Source: Lama guanicoe (lineage: Eukaryota). Taken from it: a stretch of DNA of 64,000 nt. Below, piece by piece: positions 1 through 11,800 of this stretch. The notes under the pieces were generated by a model. That model did not search any database. It was not told the origin of the DNA and saw nothing but the letters and a program-made list of their open reading frames with translations. The stretch is taken from the NCBI GenBank assembly GCA_013239625.1, contig MU053758.1:1-64000 (forward strand), read 5' to 3'. The position numbers and the translations under genes are program-made. The stretch's first letter is position 1. Every line of letters starts with the position of its first letter.

Positions 1-339
1 CTAGGCCCTAGGCCACTGCCAGGGAGGCCTTTGTGGACTTAACCATAGGCTCAGGACCCTGGGATGCTCTGGACAGTGTCTCCCCACTCCGGGTGCGTTG
101 GATGCTGGGTGGGGGAAGGGAAGGACAATATTGTTACCAAAGTCCCTTGAGAGCTAGGACCACAGGGAAGGGTTGGATTTAAAGAGGCTGCAGTTTTGCC
201 ACAGCCAGAAACACAGCCTAAAGCTAGGGAGGAGCGAGGAAGAAATACTTCCATTTCTCTCCCACTCCATCTTCTACCAGTGCCTCCCATTGGCCTAATG
301 TGGCTGGAAGTCGCTGGCAAGTGAGCTGAGTTGATGCGG

Positions 340-447
340 NNNNNNNNNNNNNNNNNNNNNNNNNNNNNNNNNNNNNNNNNNNNNNNNNNNNNNNNNNNNN
401 NNNNNNNNNNNNNNNNNNNNNNNNNNNNNNNNNNNNNNNNNNNNNNN
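340..447. other. Assembly gap
   Basis: N run. Confidence 1.
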
Positions 448-599
448 ACATAGCACCTCTTTACATCTTTACATCTAAATGTCATCTCCTCACGGAGGCC
501 TCCTTGACCAGCTTACCCAAAACAGACCCCTTATGTCAGACACTATTGGTTGTAATTCCAACATCCGTTCTCCCTTGCATCCTGTTCCTTGCTAAGCAG

Positions 600-1125
600 A
601 ACCTTAATTTTGATTTGTTAGTGTGTTAGGCAGTCATGTGGTTGAGAAGTCAGCCTCCCCAGTCCCAGAGGTTGACTCTTGGCTCATCAGATTCCAACAC
701 GGCTATTCCATTCCTTTGCCAATGACTGGTTTATGGCACATGATACAATTCTGCCGAGTAACACATAGAGGGATGTCTGATTGGGTGCTTCTGGGAAACT
801 TTGCCTCACTCTTATACAGGGGCCCAAAAATATGACATGCCCTTTCCCTGCCTCCTGGCCTTTGGTTACTGCTGTGTGAGAACATTAAGCCTGGACCTTC
901 TACAGTCATCTTGTGACCTTGTGGGGGCAAGCATGAGGACAAAAGTCAACATCTGAAGATGGCAAAGCTGAAAGATGGATATATTCTGCATCTCTGATGG
1001 CCTTGTGAGCCACTAAATTAACCAGCCCCAGGACTTGTTATTTGATATATAAAGATATGTCTCTTTATTGTTCAAGTCATTTGAGTCCATATTTCTATTA
1101 CCTGCAGTCAAAACCTTCCTTACTG
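600..1125. mobile_element. Ancient MaLR solo LTR (MLT1-like)
   Basis: MLT1-type motifs such as gaagatggcaaagctgaaagatgg and ttacctgcagtcaaaaccttccttactg; subfamily not resolved. Confidence 0.55.
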
Positions 1126-1189
1126 CTTCACTGTCTTCCTATTGCCAATTTTTTTCCTTTATGAAGTTTGTCAATATTTCATATCATTT

Positions 1190-1350
1190 ATTCCTTTGTG
1201 TACTTGTCTTTTGTCTGCATATACCACCCTCCTGTCATCCCAGGATGTAAACTCCATGAGGACAGGGGCCTTCTCTGTCTTCTTCATCACTGTATCCCCA
1301 GTGTCTAGCATGACACAAGAAGCCTCCAATGTATATGTGTTAAATGAATG
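1190..1350 (+). mobile_element. L2 3' end fragment
   Basis: gtaaactccatgaggacagggg...tgtatccccagtgtctagca...aaatgaatgaa, typical of the L2 tail. Confidence 0.65.
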
Positions 1351-2619
1351 AAGAAAAAAAGATGTTCGTCTATAATTATTTGCTATAATTACCACCCCTC
1401 CCACGTTGGCTCTGAGCCTGGAAGTAGAATCAACCTTTGTTTAGATATTACATACAGATCACACATTCCCACACTTTGGAAAAGCACAGGCTATGAGATT
1501 AGCCATACCTGCCATTTATCAGCTGTGTGACTGTGAGCAAGTTACTTGACTTCTCTGAATCTCCATTTCTTCATTTCAAAAATGGTAATATGAAAATAGG
1601 ATTAAATAAGATTATGCATTTATGAAACAACTGGTCCACAGTCAGTGTTCAAGATGTATTTGTTCTCATCTCCAATCTGCACACCTGGCTGGAGGGGAAA
1701 ATGGTCTGTGTAGCAACAGATTGGGCCCCTCCTGAAGCTGGTGCACCAGCGATGCTCTGCCCCTAATCTTTGCCTCAGCACAATTAACTTCTTCCTAGAT
1801 ACCCTCTTCGGTATCCTCATCCTTCATCCTCACCATCTCTCCGACTACAACGAGCCCAGGTCCACAGGATGCCCTCATGTCACGTGAGCTTTCCTGCTGC
1901 TTTTGCTTCCCAGGACACAACACGGGCAAGTGGAAAGAACATAAGGTCTTAGACCTAGAAGACGTGTGTTCCCATCCAGTCTGGCTCTGATGACATGAGT
2001 GACCACGAGCAAGCCACTTAACCTCTGAACCTCAACTTCCTTATCTGTAGTGGGATAATAGGTTGTAATGATGCTCAAGTGGGATGCTGTAGGCACACAG
2101 ACTTGAAAATTATAATACATATAAAACTGGTTTCTTTTCATATTTTCAACATTCCTGCTAGTGAGGTTGGAATAGAAGCAGACATACTAAGGCTATTCTT
2201 GACACATTCCAGAGCATCCTGCCTTGTGTTTCCTGGCCACAGTCTTCCTAACCAGCCACTTCAACACCCTTCATTATTCATTCATTCAGCAAATACTTGT
2301 TGAGTGTCCACCGTGTGCCAAGCACTGTTGTATGTTCTGGGAATAGAACAATGAAGACAACAGACTAAACATTCAGGTCTCACAGGGCTTGCATTCTGGT
2401 AGGCAGAGGAAAAGACTGTGGGCAGTTAGGGCAAACTCTTATACAACCTGAATAGTGCTGCCATGCACGTCTCTGGTCATTTGATTGTACCAAGTGGGGA
2501 CAAAGAAAGCAGACAGGGAGGAGAGGAATGCAAGAAAAAGAAGTTGAAAGAATCCAATCATACTAAAATCCAGAAATGGCCTTGGTTTCACTAAAATTAA
2601 GTGTCCATACACCAGTTAG

Positions 2620-3550
2620 GTAGTATCTCAGCTAAGAATGCAAAATCTGAATCTAATCATGAGGAAACATCAGACGGATCCCAGATGAGAAACACTCTTT
2701 TTTTTCCCCTCCTGTTTTAATGTGATAAAAGACAAAGAAGGTTGAGGTCAAATTAAAGAAGACTAAAGAGATATGAAAAATTAAAATGGTACCTAATTCT
2801 AGACTGCATCCTGTATTTGGCAGGGGGAGATTGCTATAAAGTTCATTATTAGGTCAAGGGAAAAAATGGAGGGCAGAAGGTAGATTAAATTTATACAGAT
2901 TGTATAACAGGATGTCCTTATTGTTAGAAAATACAAAGAGAGAAAAGGGAAAGAGGGAGGGAGAGAAGGAAGGAGCAATTGATAAGCTTCAAAAATTCAT
3001 AAACAGAAACCTCATTTAAAATTGAGTTGGGAGGCCAGTAGGGCGAAGTTTTCACACCCTACCAACAGGTAGAGATCCAACAGGAAGAGATACCTTGGTA
3101 TCTCCAAAGGAAGGCTACTAGATTACTATCCAGCAGGAGGGAGAAAAAATTTCTCCTTGCCTGAATTTCTCCTTGCCCAGCAACAACCCAGCCAATAAGA
3201 GGCTGTCACAACTCAGCCAATGAAGAGCCACTACACTTCTAACTCCCAGTTTCCTCCAAGTCTTTGTTTATAACAGCCCCTCCCAACTCCCCCTTCTCCG
3301 CTATAAAGGAAAGGTCCTCTCCTTTGTTTGCAAACTTGTCTCTGGGTTGCCATAGTTTGCATGTTCAGAGTCTGAATTCTTTGCTGTTCTCAAATGAACC
3401 CAATTTGCTGGTAAGATAACTGGCTGTTTTATTGTTTTAGATCAACAAAGCAAATAGAACAAATTGTTAGCAACAGATGAATTTGAGTAAAGATTACACT
3501 GGTTTTTTGTGCTATTCTTGCAACTTCTCCAAATAAGTCTTTAAAAAACT
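2620..3550 (+). mobile_element. Old L1 (L1MC4-like) 3' fragment interrupted by an LTR
   Basis: aatctgaatctaatcatgaggaaacatcagac and gtgctattcttgcaacttct motifs flank the LTR. Confidence 0.6.
2977..3447 (+). mobile_element. ERV solo LTR (boundaries approximate)
   Basis: Two CCAAT boxes (~3192, ~3217), TATAAA at ~3302, ends in ...gatcaaCA, and splits the L1 fragment. Confidence 0.55.
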
Positions 3551-4029
3551 CTTTTTTCCCACGGGACCCACACTCTAAGACCAGCCCCTTTGCTAAATTA
3601 GTGCATGACCCTGAATGAATCCCTTCCTCTCTCTCGGTCCCATTTTCTAGTCCAGAGGGTTTCTAAGGTTCTTTCTGGCTCTAGCAATCAATGTCCCACA
3701 ACACAGGTCGCTTCTGGACAGGGCTTTTGGAAAGAAGACAGCCCCTCCGTCTCTTAGCCCACAAGTTACTTCACCACTACTTTCTCCAGGGTGCTCACCC
3801 GTCCTCTTTCATCGGCCATAAACTTGCCCCTGCCCAACCCTGCCACCAACCCGCAGGCCCAGCCCCTCTTTCTGAGTGCCTTAGGGCCCATCTTCTGGCA
3901 GGCTGTAGCAAGGATTCAGGACAGGCATGTGCATTAATCCCCCAAGAAACTCCAACCCCCAAAAGGCTTTGGGACAATTTCTGGGCATTTAGTACCACCA
4001 AAGAGAAAAGGCTTTTCAGCGTGGGCCTG

Positions 4030-4700
4030 CTGCTGCATGGCTTTTTGGGAATTGTAGTTCATCGTTGAAGAGTCGGGGAACTAGGCTAAGGGGACAAGCC
4101 ACCCTTCCCAGAATGCACAGCGCTCGCCCCCACCAATCCAAAGTGCTGATCTTGGAAGGAGGGCGGGGAAGAGGAGGAGCTGCCCGGCGCACGCGCAGTA
4201 TGTGTGGCTGGGGAATTCTTGTCGAAGTCAGAGTGGAAGCCAGTGAGAATGGAGCGGGGAGCTCGCGGCCCACGTCCTGGCGTCTCTTGCAGACCCGGTC
4301 TGCACTCCCATTCGCATGAAGTTTGGGCGGGCGGGGTGCATGCGTGGGTCCACCTCGGGCCGGAAGGGTAGGGAGTGAGCCCAGGAGGAGCCAGGGGTTG
4401 CGTAGAGTAAGGTAGGTATATATGGGGACAGGGTGAGGAATAATCCAGAAGCTGTGTAAAAAAAGGAAAGGCTGATGGGGACTGGGTGTTCTGGTCTCCG
4501 GAAAGAAATATTTAAGTGCAGGGGGAGAGATCAAGGTAGCCTGAGAAGTTGCGGTCTGGGGAGGAGGGGCGGGGAGACTGAAGTGGACGCAGACGACGGG
4601 GTGGGGCAAGACAAAGTGCGGGGGTAGATTCTAGCGAGGTCAGCAGTACTCCCGCCCGCCCACCCCCGCTCCAGGGCTCTCCCTCGCGGTGCAGCTATTG
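4030..4700 (+). promoter_or_regulatory. PHB1 CpG-island housekeeping promoter
   Basis: CpG-rich. ACTACAATTCCCA on the minus strand at 4046-4058, ZNF143/SBS-like TTCCCAGAATGCAC ~4105-4118, CCAAT 4133-4137, GC box 4161-4168, NRF1-like GCGCACGCGCA 4187-4197. Confidence 0.85.
4197..4242 (+). other. PHB1: PHB1 non-coding exon 1 (start approximate)
   Basis: AGTATGTGTGGCTGGGGAATTC...GTCAGAGTGGAAGC resembles the recalled human PHB 5'UTR; followed by gtgaga donor at 4243; lies inside the CpG island. Confidence 0.75.
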
Positions 4701-4759
4701 AGAATCTTCTCGCCCATTTGTTCTTTTTTTTTTTTTAATGGTTAAATGTGTAAACTTTA

Positions 4760-5030
4760 CCTTTTAAAATTTTTCTTCTTAATTGAAGTATAGTCAGTTT
4801 ACAAGATTATGTTAGTTTCTGGTGTACGGCATGTTTCAGTTATACATATATATAATTCCTTTTATTATTCTTTCACTAGCTCCCTGTGCTATACAGTAGG
4901 ACTTTGTTGTTTATTTTATATTTAGTCGTGTGTATCTGCAAATCCTGAACTCCCCCAATTTATCCCCCTACACGCACCCCGCCCCCCTTTCCTGGTAACC
5001 ATAAGTTTGTTTTCCATGTCTGTGAGTTGC
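4760..5030 (-). mobile_element. Cetartiodactyl-type L1 3' end fragment in PHB1 intron 1
   Basis: aattgaagtatagtcagtttacaa...ggtaaccataagtttgttttc, the reverse complement of the L1 tails at 27.9 and 29.7 kb. Confidence 0.8.
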
Positions 5031-5726
5031 CCGATTCTTTCTTGGTATGATAGCCCCAGAATGTCATCCAGCTCCTGCTTCCATGATAATAGGTCGTTCT
5101 TATACCTGATGTGAGAAGCAGTGTGGTGAGGAGTTGAGCTGTGCTTTCCAGAATTTGACCCCCAGGTTCTAATCCTGGTTGTTCACTCAGCTGTGTGATC
5201 TTATGTTCCTCAGGTTACCACTCTGTGTGCCTCAGTTTCCTCACCTGCAGTGATCTTCATAAGGGTTGGTGTGAGGATTAAATACACAAATTGCTGTTGG
5301 AAGACTGCCAGAAATAAAAGTTAGCTATTTTGCTGTTGGAGTCACATTGTTTTCTGAACCAAAATCACCCAGAACTAACTACACAGCTTCTCCCAGGGCC
5401 TACCTGTCCAGGAGGTGGGAAGGTGGTTTGGTTTGGTGCTAAGGTCTCTCTGGGTATCAAGTCCATGCCTCCTTCCCCTTTTGAACTAAGTGCCCCAGAC
5501 CCCTTTTCTTAAATGGTAGAAAAAGAAGAAAGCAGAGGAATTGATAATACACGTTTACAGGCTGCAGAGTGTTATTTATGAAATGTCCTTCAGTGGATGA
5601 TTCAGAGCCCTCAAGAGTGGGGGAAGAAATAGCCAGCAGAGAGAGAGGGCTTTCTCTGAGGATTTGGGGATCAAGTTGCTTTGTTTGTTTTTCCCCCCTT
5701 AGGTGTGAGTGGGTCCAGCAGGAGAC

Positions 5727-5814
5727 ATGGCTGCCAAAGTGTTTGAGTCCATCGGCAAGTTCGGCCTGGCCTTAGCCGTTGCAGGAGGCGTGGTGAATTC
5801 TGCCTTGTATAATG
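5727..5814 (+). CDS. PHB1: PHB1 exon 2 coding part (exon starts 5703; ATG at 5727)
   Basis: Acceptor ttcccccttAG at 5701-5702; gacATGG; encodes [29 protein letters not shown]; donor G|gtaagg at 5815. Confidence 0.97.
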
Positions 5815-8800
5815 GTAAGGTCACTGCCCTTTGCCAGGCGATTTGTATTGGTCTGCAGAGCCCATGTGACACTCCTGTTGGCAGCCGCAGTTTGTGAATA
5901 TGTTTGTGACCAAGAGGGCTCACCTACTGCCCTCCTGCGCCATGTGGCTGCCTGGTCATCAGAGCCTCTGTCCTTGTAGCCATAGATTCACTCAGAACCT
6001 TTATTCACAAAGAGCCTCCCAGCCTACTTGAATGTTTCCAGCTGCTCTTGTTAATTTAAAGTCATGCTGCACCCCCCAAATGCTGCAAGAGGGAGCCAGA
6101 ATTTGGCTGGCCAGCTGAAATGAAGATCTCGTTTGTTCTCTTCTGCCTGTGTTTGGAGCAGCAGGGGCTTTAGACCTTTGGTGACTTTGTCCTGAGCAGG
6201 CGCTTTGGTTCTGCTATGGTTGGGTTGTTCCAGAGCAAATATCTTTGAGATGCACTGCCCAGCTTTTACCAGTGTGGCAGTGGTTCAGGCCGGCTTTTCT
6301 TCCACTTTCGCGTGTGACCTCAAGCAAGTTGCTTCCCCCTCCCTAGGCCTCAGCTTTCTCATTGGTCAGGCAATGGGGTTGCACTTGTTTTTTGTCTGAG
6401 ACCCCCTCTAACTTTGATGGTCTCTGACTTTCACTGTTGGAAAGCAGCAGTAGATTGACACACCTCGAGTGTGACTCTGACAGGAGGATTACTTTCAGTG
6501 GGAAGATAATTTGGACCAACTATAAAGTCCAAAAGGGCAGAGAAAGAAAGCAGTTGGTCAGAAAAGCCTGCTTGGCTCCTGTAGCACAGGTTTATACCCT
6601 GATCTTTTTGGCCACGCCTGCATAGCTGGACAGTAATCACCATCACTAATTCCTCTCTGGATCAACAAGACAGCTCCATAGCCCCTTAAAACCTTAGAGA
6701 AACCAGGCTATTGGAAAGAAAGAGTGGGGCCTTCCAAATTTTAGGATTGCCATCGTGAGGGTGCTGCTTCTGGGAACACTGGGTTAAACTGGAACCGGGA
6801 AGGGATGTGGTAAGAGTGAAGACCTTGGTGGGTTTGGAAAGAAGTTTGAGGAGGTGATTCCTGGAAATGTGTTGGTAGGAGTTTGGGGATGGGGTGGTTA
6901 ATCAGAAAACTAGCAGCCAATTGTTTCAAGGAGAAAGATGCTGAAGATCCTGTGACCAGAGTCCTTGGGAAGACACATGGGACGGCAAGTGGTGGCTTAG
7001 TTCTATACCTGTTTAGAAGCCTCTAGAGACCAGAAGTGTGAGAAGACAGCAGGAGAGGGGAGACTTAATAAGTAAACGGAAAGCATCAGGGATCTTTTAA
7101 AGACACGGTCATTTTGGTTAAAGAGTGAGGGGATTTTTCTGACCCATCATTATCCTTTGTTCCTAGTGGATGCTGGACACAGAGCTGTCATCTCTGACCT
7201 AGTGGAGTGCAGAACATTGTCGTAGGGAAAGGGACTCACTTCCTCATCCCTTGGGTACAGAAACCAATTATCTTTGACTGCCGCTCTCAACCACGTAATG
7301 TGCCGGTGATCACTGGTAGCAAAGGTAAGGCGTGCCTGTGGGTCAGGTCAAGTAGAGAGTGTGGAAGGGGTGCTGTGGGATCCAGAAGGAGTTGAACTTC
7401 AGGTAGTAATAATTCCTGGCATATTTTTCCTGAAGAGTTTTATGTGGCTTCAGAGAAAAATATTCAGGCATGCCTCAGGGGTACTGCAGGTTCAGTTCCA
7501 GACCACCGCGGAAAAACAGATACTGTGATGAGGCGACTTACGTGAATTTTTGGTTCCCAACGCACACAGAGGTTCTGTTGACCCTATACTGTAGCCTATT
7601 AAGTCTGTAGTAGCATTATTTCTAAAGAAACAATGTACATACCTTAATCAAAAAAAATTTATGGCAAATAATGAAATAATGCCATTTGCAGCAACATGGG
7701 AGGACCTGGAGATTATCATACTAAGTGCAGTAAGTCAGGGAAAGACAAATATCATATGATCTTCCTTGTATGTGGAATCTTTAAAAATGATATAGATGAA
7801 CTTTATGAAACAGAAGCAGACTCACTGACATAGAAAATGAACTTATGGTCACCAAAGGGGAGAGGAGGAGGGATAAATTAGGAGTCTGGGATTAACAGAT
7901 AAACACTACTACATATAAAACAGATAAACAGCAAGAACGTGCTGTACAGCACAGGAAACTATATTCAGTAATTTTTAATAACCTATAATTGAAAAGAACC
8001 TGAAAAGGAACGTGCATATGTATAACTGAATCACTTTGCTATACACCGGAAACCAGCAGCAGTGTAAATCAACTATACTTCAATTTTTAAAAAATACTTT
8101 GTGGCTAAATATGCTAACCATCCCCTGAGCCTTCAGTGAATTGTAGTAGTAACATCATAGATCTCTGGTCACAGATCACCGTAACAAGTATAATAATAAT
8201 AGAAAAGTTTGAAATAGAGCAAGCATGACCAAAATGTGACACAGAGACATGAAATGAGCAAATGCTGTTGGGAAAATGGCACCAATAAATTTGCTTGATG
8301 CAGGGTTGCCATAAGGCTTCAGTTTGTAAAAATGCAGAGTCTGTGAAGCTCAGTACCAGGTGTGCCTGTGTTCTTAAGACAGACACACAGTATACAAATT
8401 TGGAGAAAGGCACAAAGCTGTCTTTCCAGAGTTATGTAGTGATCCAGTTTTAAATAAATCTCAACGTGCCTCGTTCCCTCGGTGGACCCTTCCCAGCGGT
8501 TCTTGGTCCCCAGGGTGACTGGAAGCCAATCTGCAGCCGTCCTATTTGCCTTCATAGCTGACTTACCCTTTGCCTTCTTCCCAAGGCCTCTGTTTCCAGC
8601 CGTGCTGCCCTCACACTGTTATCTCCCAGGCCTGATGGTGTCTGATGTATCACTGGATGCCCAGTTAGAGCCTCACATGAATCACTGTTCTCCCCTACCC
8701 TGCGCACAGGGTGCACGGGCAGTGAATGGAACATGGCACCAATAAATTTGCTTGATGCAGGGTTGCCACAAACCCTCAGTCTGTAAAAATGCAGAGTCTA

Positions 8801-11800
8801 TGAAGCTCAATACAAGGTGTGCCTGTGTTCTTAAGACACACACACAGAGCTGTACACATTTGGAGAAAGGCGCAAAGCTGTCTTTCCAGAGTTACGTAGT
8901 GATCCAGTTTTAAACAAATCTCAGTATGCTTCTGCTCCCCTGGTGGACCCTTCCCAGTGGTTCTTGGTCCCCAGGGTGACTGGAAGCCGATCTGCAGCTG
9001 TCCTGTTTGCCTTCACGGCTGACTTACCCTTTGCCTTCTTCCCAAGGCCTCTGTTTCCAGCCGTGCTGCCCTCACACTGTTATCTCCCAGGCCGAGGCCC
9101 ACATCCTTGAGGGCAGTCTTGTGTCTGATGTATCACTGGATGCCCAGTTAGAGCCTCACATGAATCACTGTTCTCCCCCACGCTGCGCACAGGGTGCACG
9201 GGCAGTGAATGGAACGGCAGGTGCTGGCTCCGCGGCGCTGTGTCTGCAGCAAGAGGAGGGGTGCGTGGATGTTGCTGCTTCTCAGCAGATGTTTGCTTTC
9301 TGTGATGGTGCCAGGCTTTGTGCGGGGTCGGGGGGTCGGGTAGGTCAAAGATGGCTAAATTGGGGGCCTCTAGGGGCTCTGTCTAGATAGGGAGATAGAC
9401 GTGTGAACAGGCAGTTAGCGGGGAGTGGGGTGAGGACGGGAGCCAGGGTCGTATGGCGTGTAGGGGAGCAGAGGAACGTGTGGCACTTGAGAGTGAGATG
9501 TGCTTTGTGCCGAGGAGGGGAAGGGTCCGTTGGCATTGCCTGGTCTGTCCTGTCGCTCTTGGCCAGGGACAGGAAGGAGCCTCCTGTGAAGGCTCTGACT
9601 TGCCTACTGCATCAGAGGAAATCAACAGTGGGGTGAGGTTAGTGGAGAACATTCATATTTTAACTTAAAAGCCTAGTCCTAAACTTCCCGCTGCTTTGGG
9701 ATTTCTCTCTCTACTACTTTGCAGTTGTTCTAAGGATGCATGATGCACCTGTCTACAAAACTTGATAGAAGGAGGTGGAGGGTATAGCTCAGTGGCAGAA
9801 TGCATGCCTAGCATGCATGAGGTCCTGGGTTCAATCCTCAGCACCTCCATTAAAATAATAAATAAACGTAATTGCCCCCCCCGCCCACACCCCCACCCCT
9901 GTGGGAACTTGGAGAGACCAGGGACTGGTGTGTAAACACTTCCCACTTCAGTGCCTGGTTCAGAACTCATCTCATGGGCGCTTGGTCCACGCTGTTGATG
10001 GCCGCAAGCAAGCTGTGCGGTGCGTTAGCTGTGAATTGTCAGGGGAAGTTGTTCCTCCCTCCCTGGGTCCTTTGACTGGGCCACGTAATGAGAAGCGGCC
10101 TCTAGATGAGCTGATAACCCCTCACATCTGTTGCACATTTGCCAGAGTGCTTTTGTATCTGTTTCCTCCTCCAGTTTGTCCCAGCGTGCCTGGAAGGCAG
10201 ATGCAATCATCCCCATTCTCACAGAGGAGGAAATGAGCTGAGATGGACTAAGGCTTAGTGAGGCCACGTAATTAGTCCGCAGCAGAGTTAGGACAGCAGC
10301 CAGGCCTGGGACTGCACTGCTTGTCCAGTCCCGAGTGGACTGTTTCCACTGGGCCCACGATAACCTCTCGGGGGCACATTCCTGCCTTGGGCCACATTGA
10401 CCAGGCCTCGGAAAGGCCTTACCCTAGAGTTCTTGGCATTGGCCTGTTTTCTTAAAATATTCAGTGTTCCAGACATTCCATAGCACCTGTTAGACATATA
10501 ACCTGAATTTGCTTGTATCAGAGGGCATTCAGGACACACTGAGTAGCTGTCATCACTAGAAACCTTGGAGAAGTTTTTACCTCTGGTGCGCTGCTGGATT
10601 CTCTACCAAGGAAACCATGCGCATGTGCTCGGCACCCTCTACGATGGGATAATCAGCAACTTATACATTGTAGCAAATTGGGGCTAGGAGAAGTCATAGA
10701 AGGCTACTGTGGTTTTTATTTTTAACTCCAGCATTTGTCCCCTAAGATTTACAGAATGTCAGCATCACTCTGCGCATCCTCTTCTGGCTGGTTGACAGCC
10801 AGCTTCCCCGCATCTTCACCGGCATCAGAGAGGACTGTGACGAGCACGTGCTGCCGTCCATCACGACAGAGATCCTCAAGTCCGTGGTGGTGAGTGAACA
10901 GGGCCTCCAGGAGACCGCTGGGTGGCAGGAAGAGCTCGGCGGTGGGTGGTTGGGAGAGGGCTGGGATTCCGCATCCTTGTTATCCTGACTGGCTCCTCTG
11001 CCCTCCTCTGGAATTAGGCTCGCTTTGATGCTGGAGAACTGATCACCCAGAGAGAGCTGGTCTCCAGACAGGTGAGCGATGACCTCACAGAGCGAGCAGC
11101 AACCTTTGGGCTCATCCTGGATGACGTGTCCTTGGTAAGAGCCACGGGGAGCCTGTGGAGAGGGGCAGCAGCTGTGTAGGTTCCTGGCTCCACTTCCGGG
11201 CAGACACATCCATTCCTAGACGTGAGGCTTGTAAACATCAAACCTTCTTGACAGTATGAAACAGTCTCTTTGGGTTTGTTTTCAGATGGGGGTTTTTACC
11301 TCCCCTGTGCCACAGACATTTTTCTTCTGATTTTTTTGGCCCTACCCGGGTGGTTCGTAACCAATAGATTTTTCACCTTCCGCAAACTGTTTCCCAGAGC
11401 TCCCTGGGAAGTGACGTCTTGTTAACCCCGTTGGACGCAGGCAGACACTGCCTGGTAGAGACTAGAGCACAGCGTGGGTAGGCTTTCTCCCTCGCACAGA
11501 CCTCCCAGCCTGAGCCCTGGGAATCTCCTGACACCTGGGGTCTGAAGCTCAGTGAAGCGAGCTCTGGGAGCTCCCCAGGAAAGGTGACAGAGTGTGAGTG
11601 AATGGTTCTGTTCCCCGAAGCCTGGTGCAGAGGGAGGGCAGGGACGTCTCCGAGGCATAAGCTATCCTCTCGAGACTGGTGTGTGTGTGTGTATGACACC
11701 TGATGCCATGATGCAGGCAGCAAGCGGTGCAGGCAGGGTAGCGCTTCAGAGTGAGGAAGGTGAAGGGAAGGGGTCGTGTTTCTGATTCTCCGGGAAAAGT

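Noticed and set aside
8276..9215. Repeat array as CRISPR-like or a haplotype false duplication
   Set aside because: Only two long units with no spacers, and the divergence looks too high for allelic haplotypes.
9774..9850. tRNA-like sequence with A and B boxes (also at 36420, 58611, 60400)
   Set aside because: SINE heads with A-rich tails and, in three copies, TSDs; not tRNA genes.
10742..11209. 155-aa minus-strand ORF (and 14629-15099, 156 aa)
   Set aside because: Antisense shadows of PHB1 exons with no independent support.
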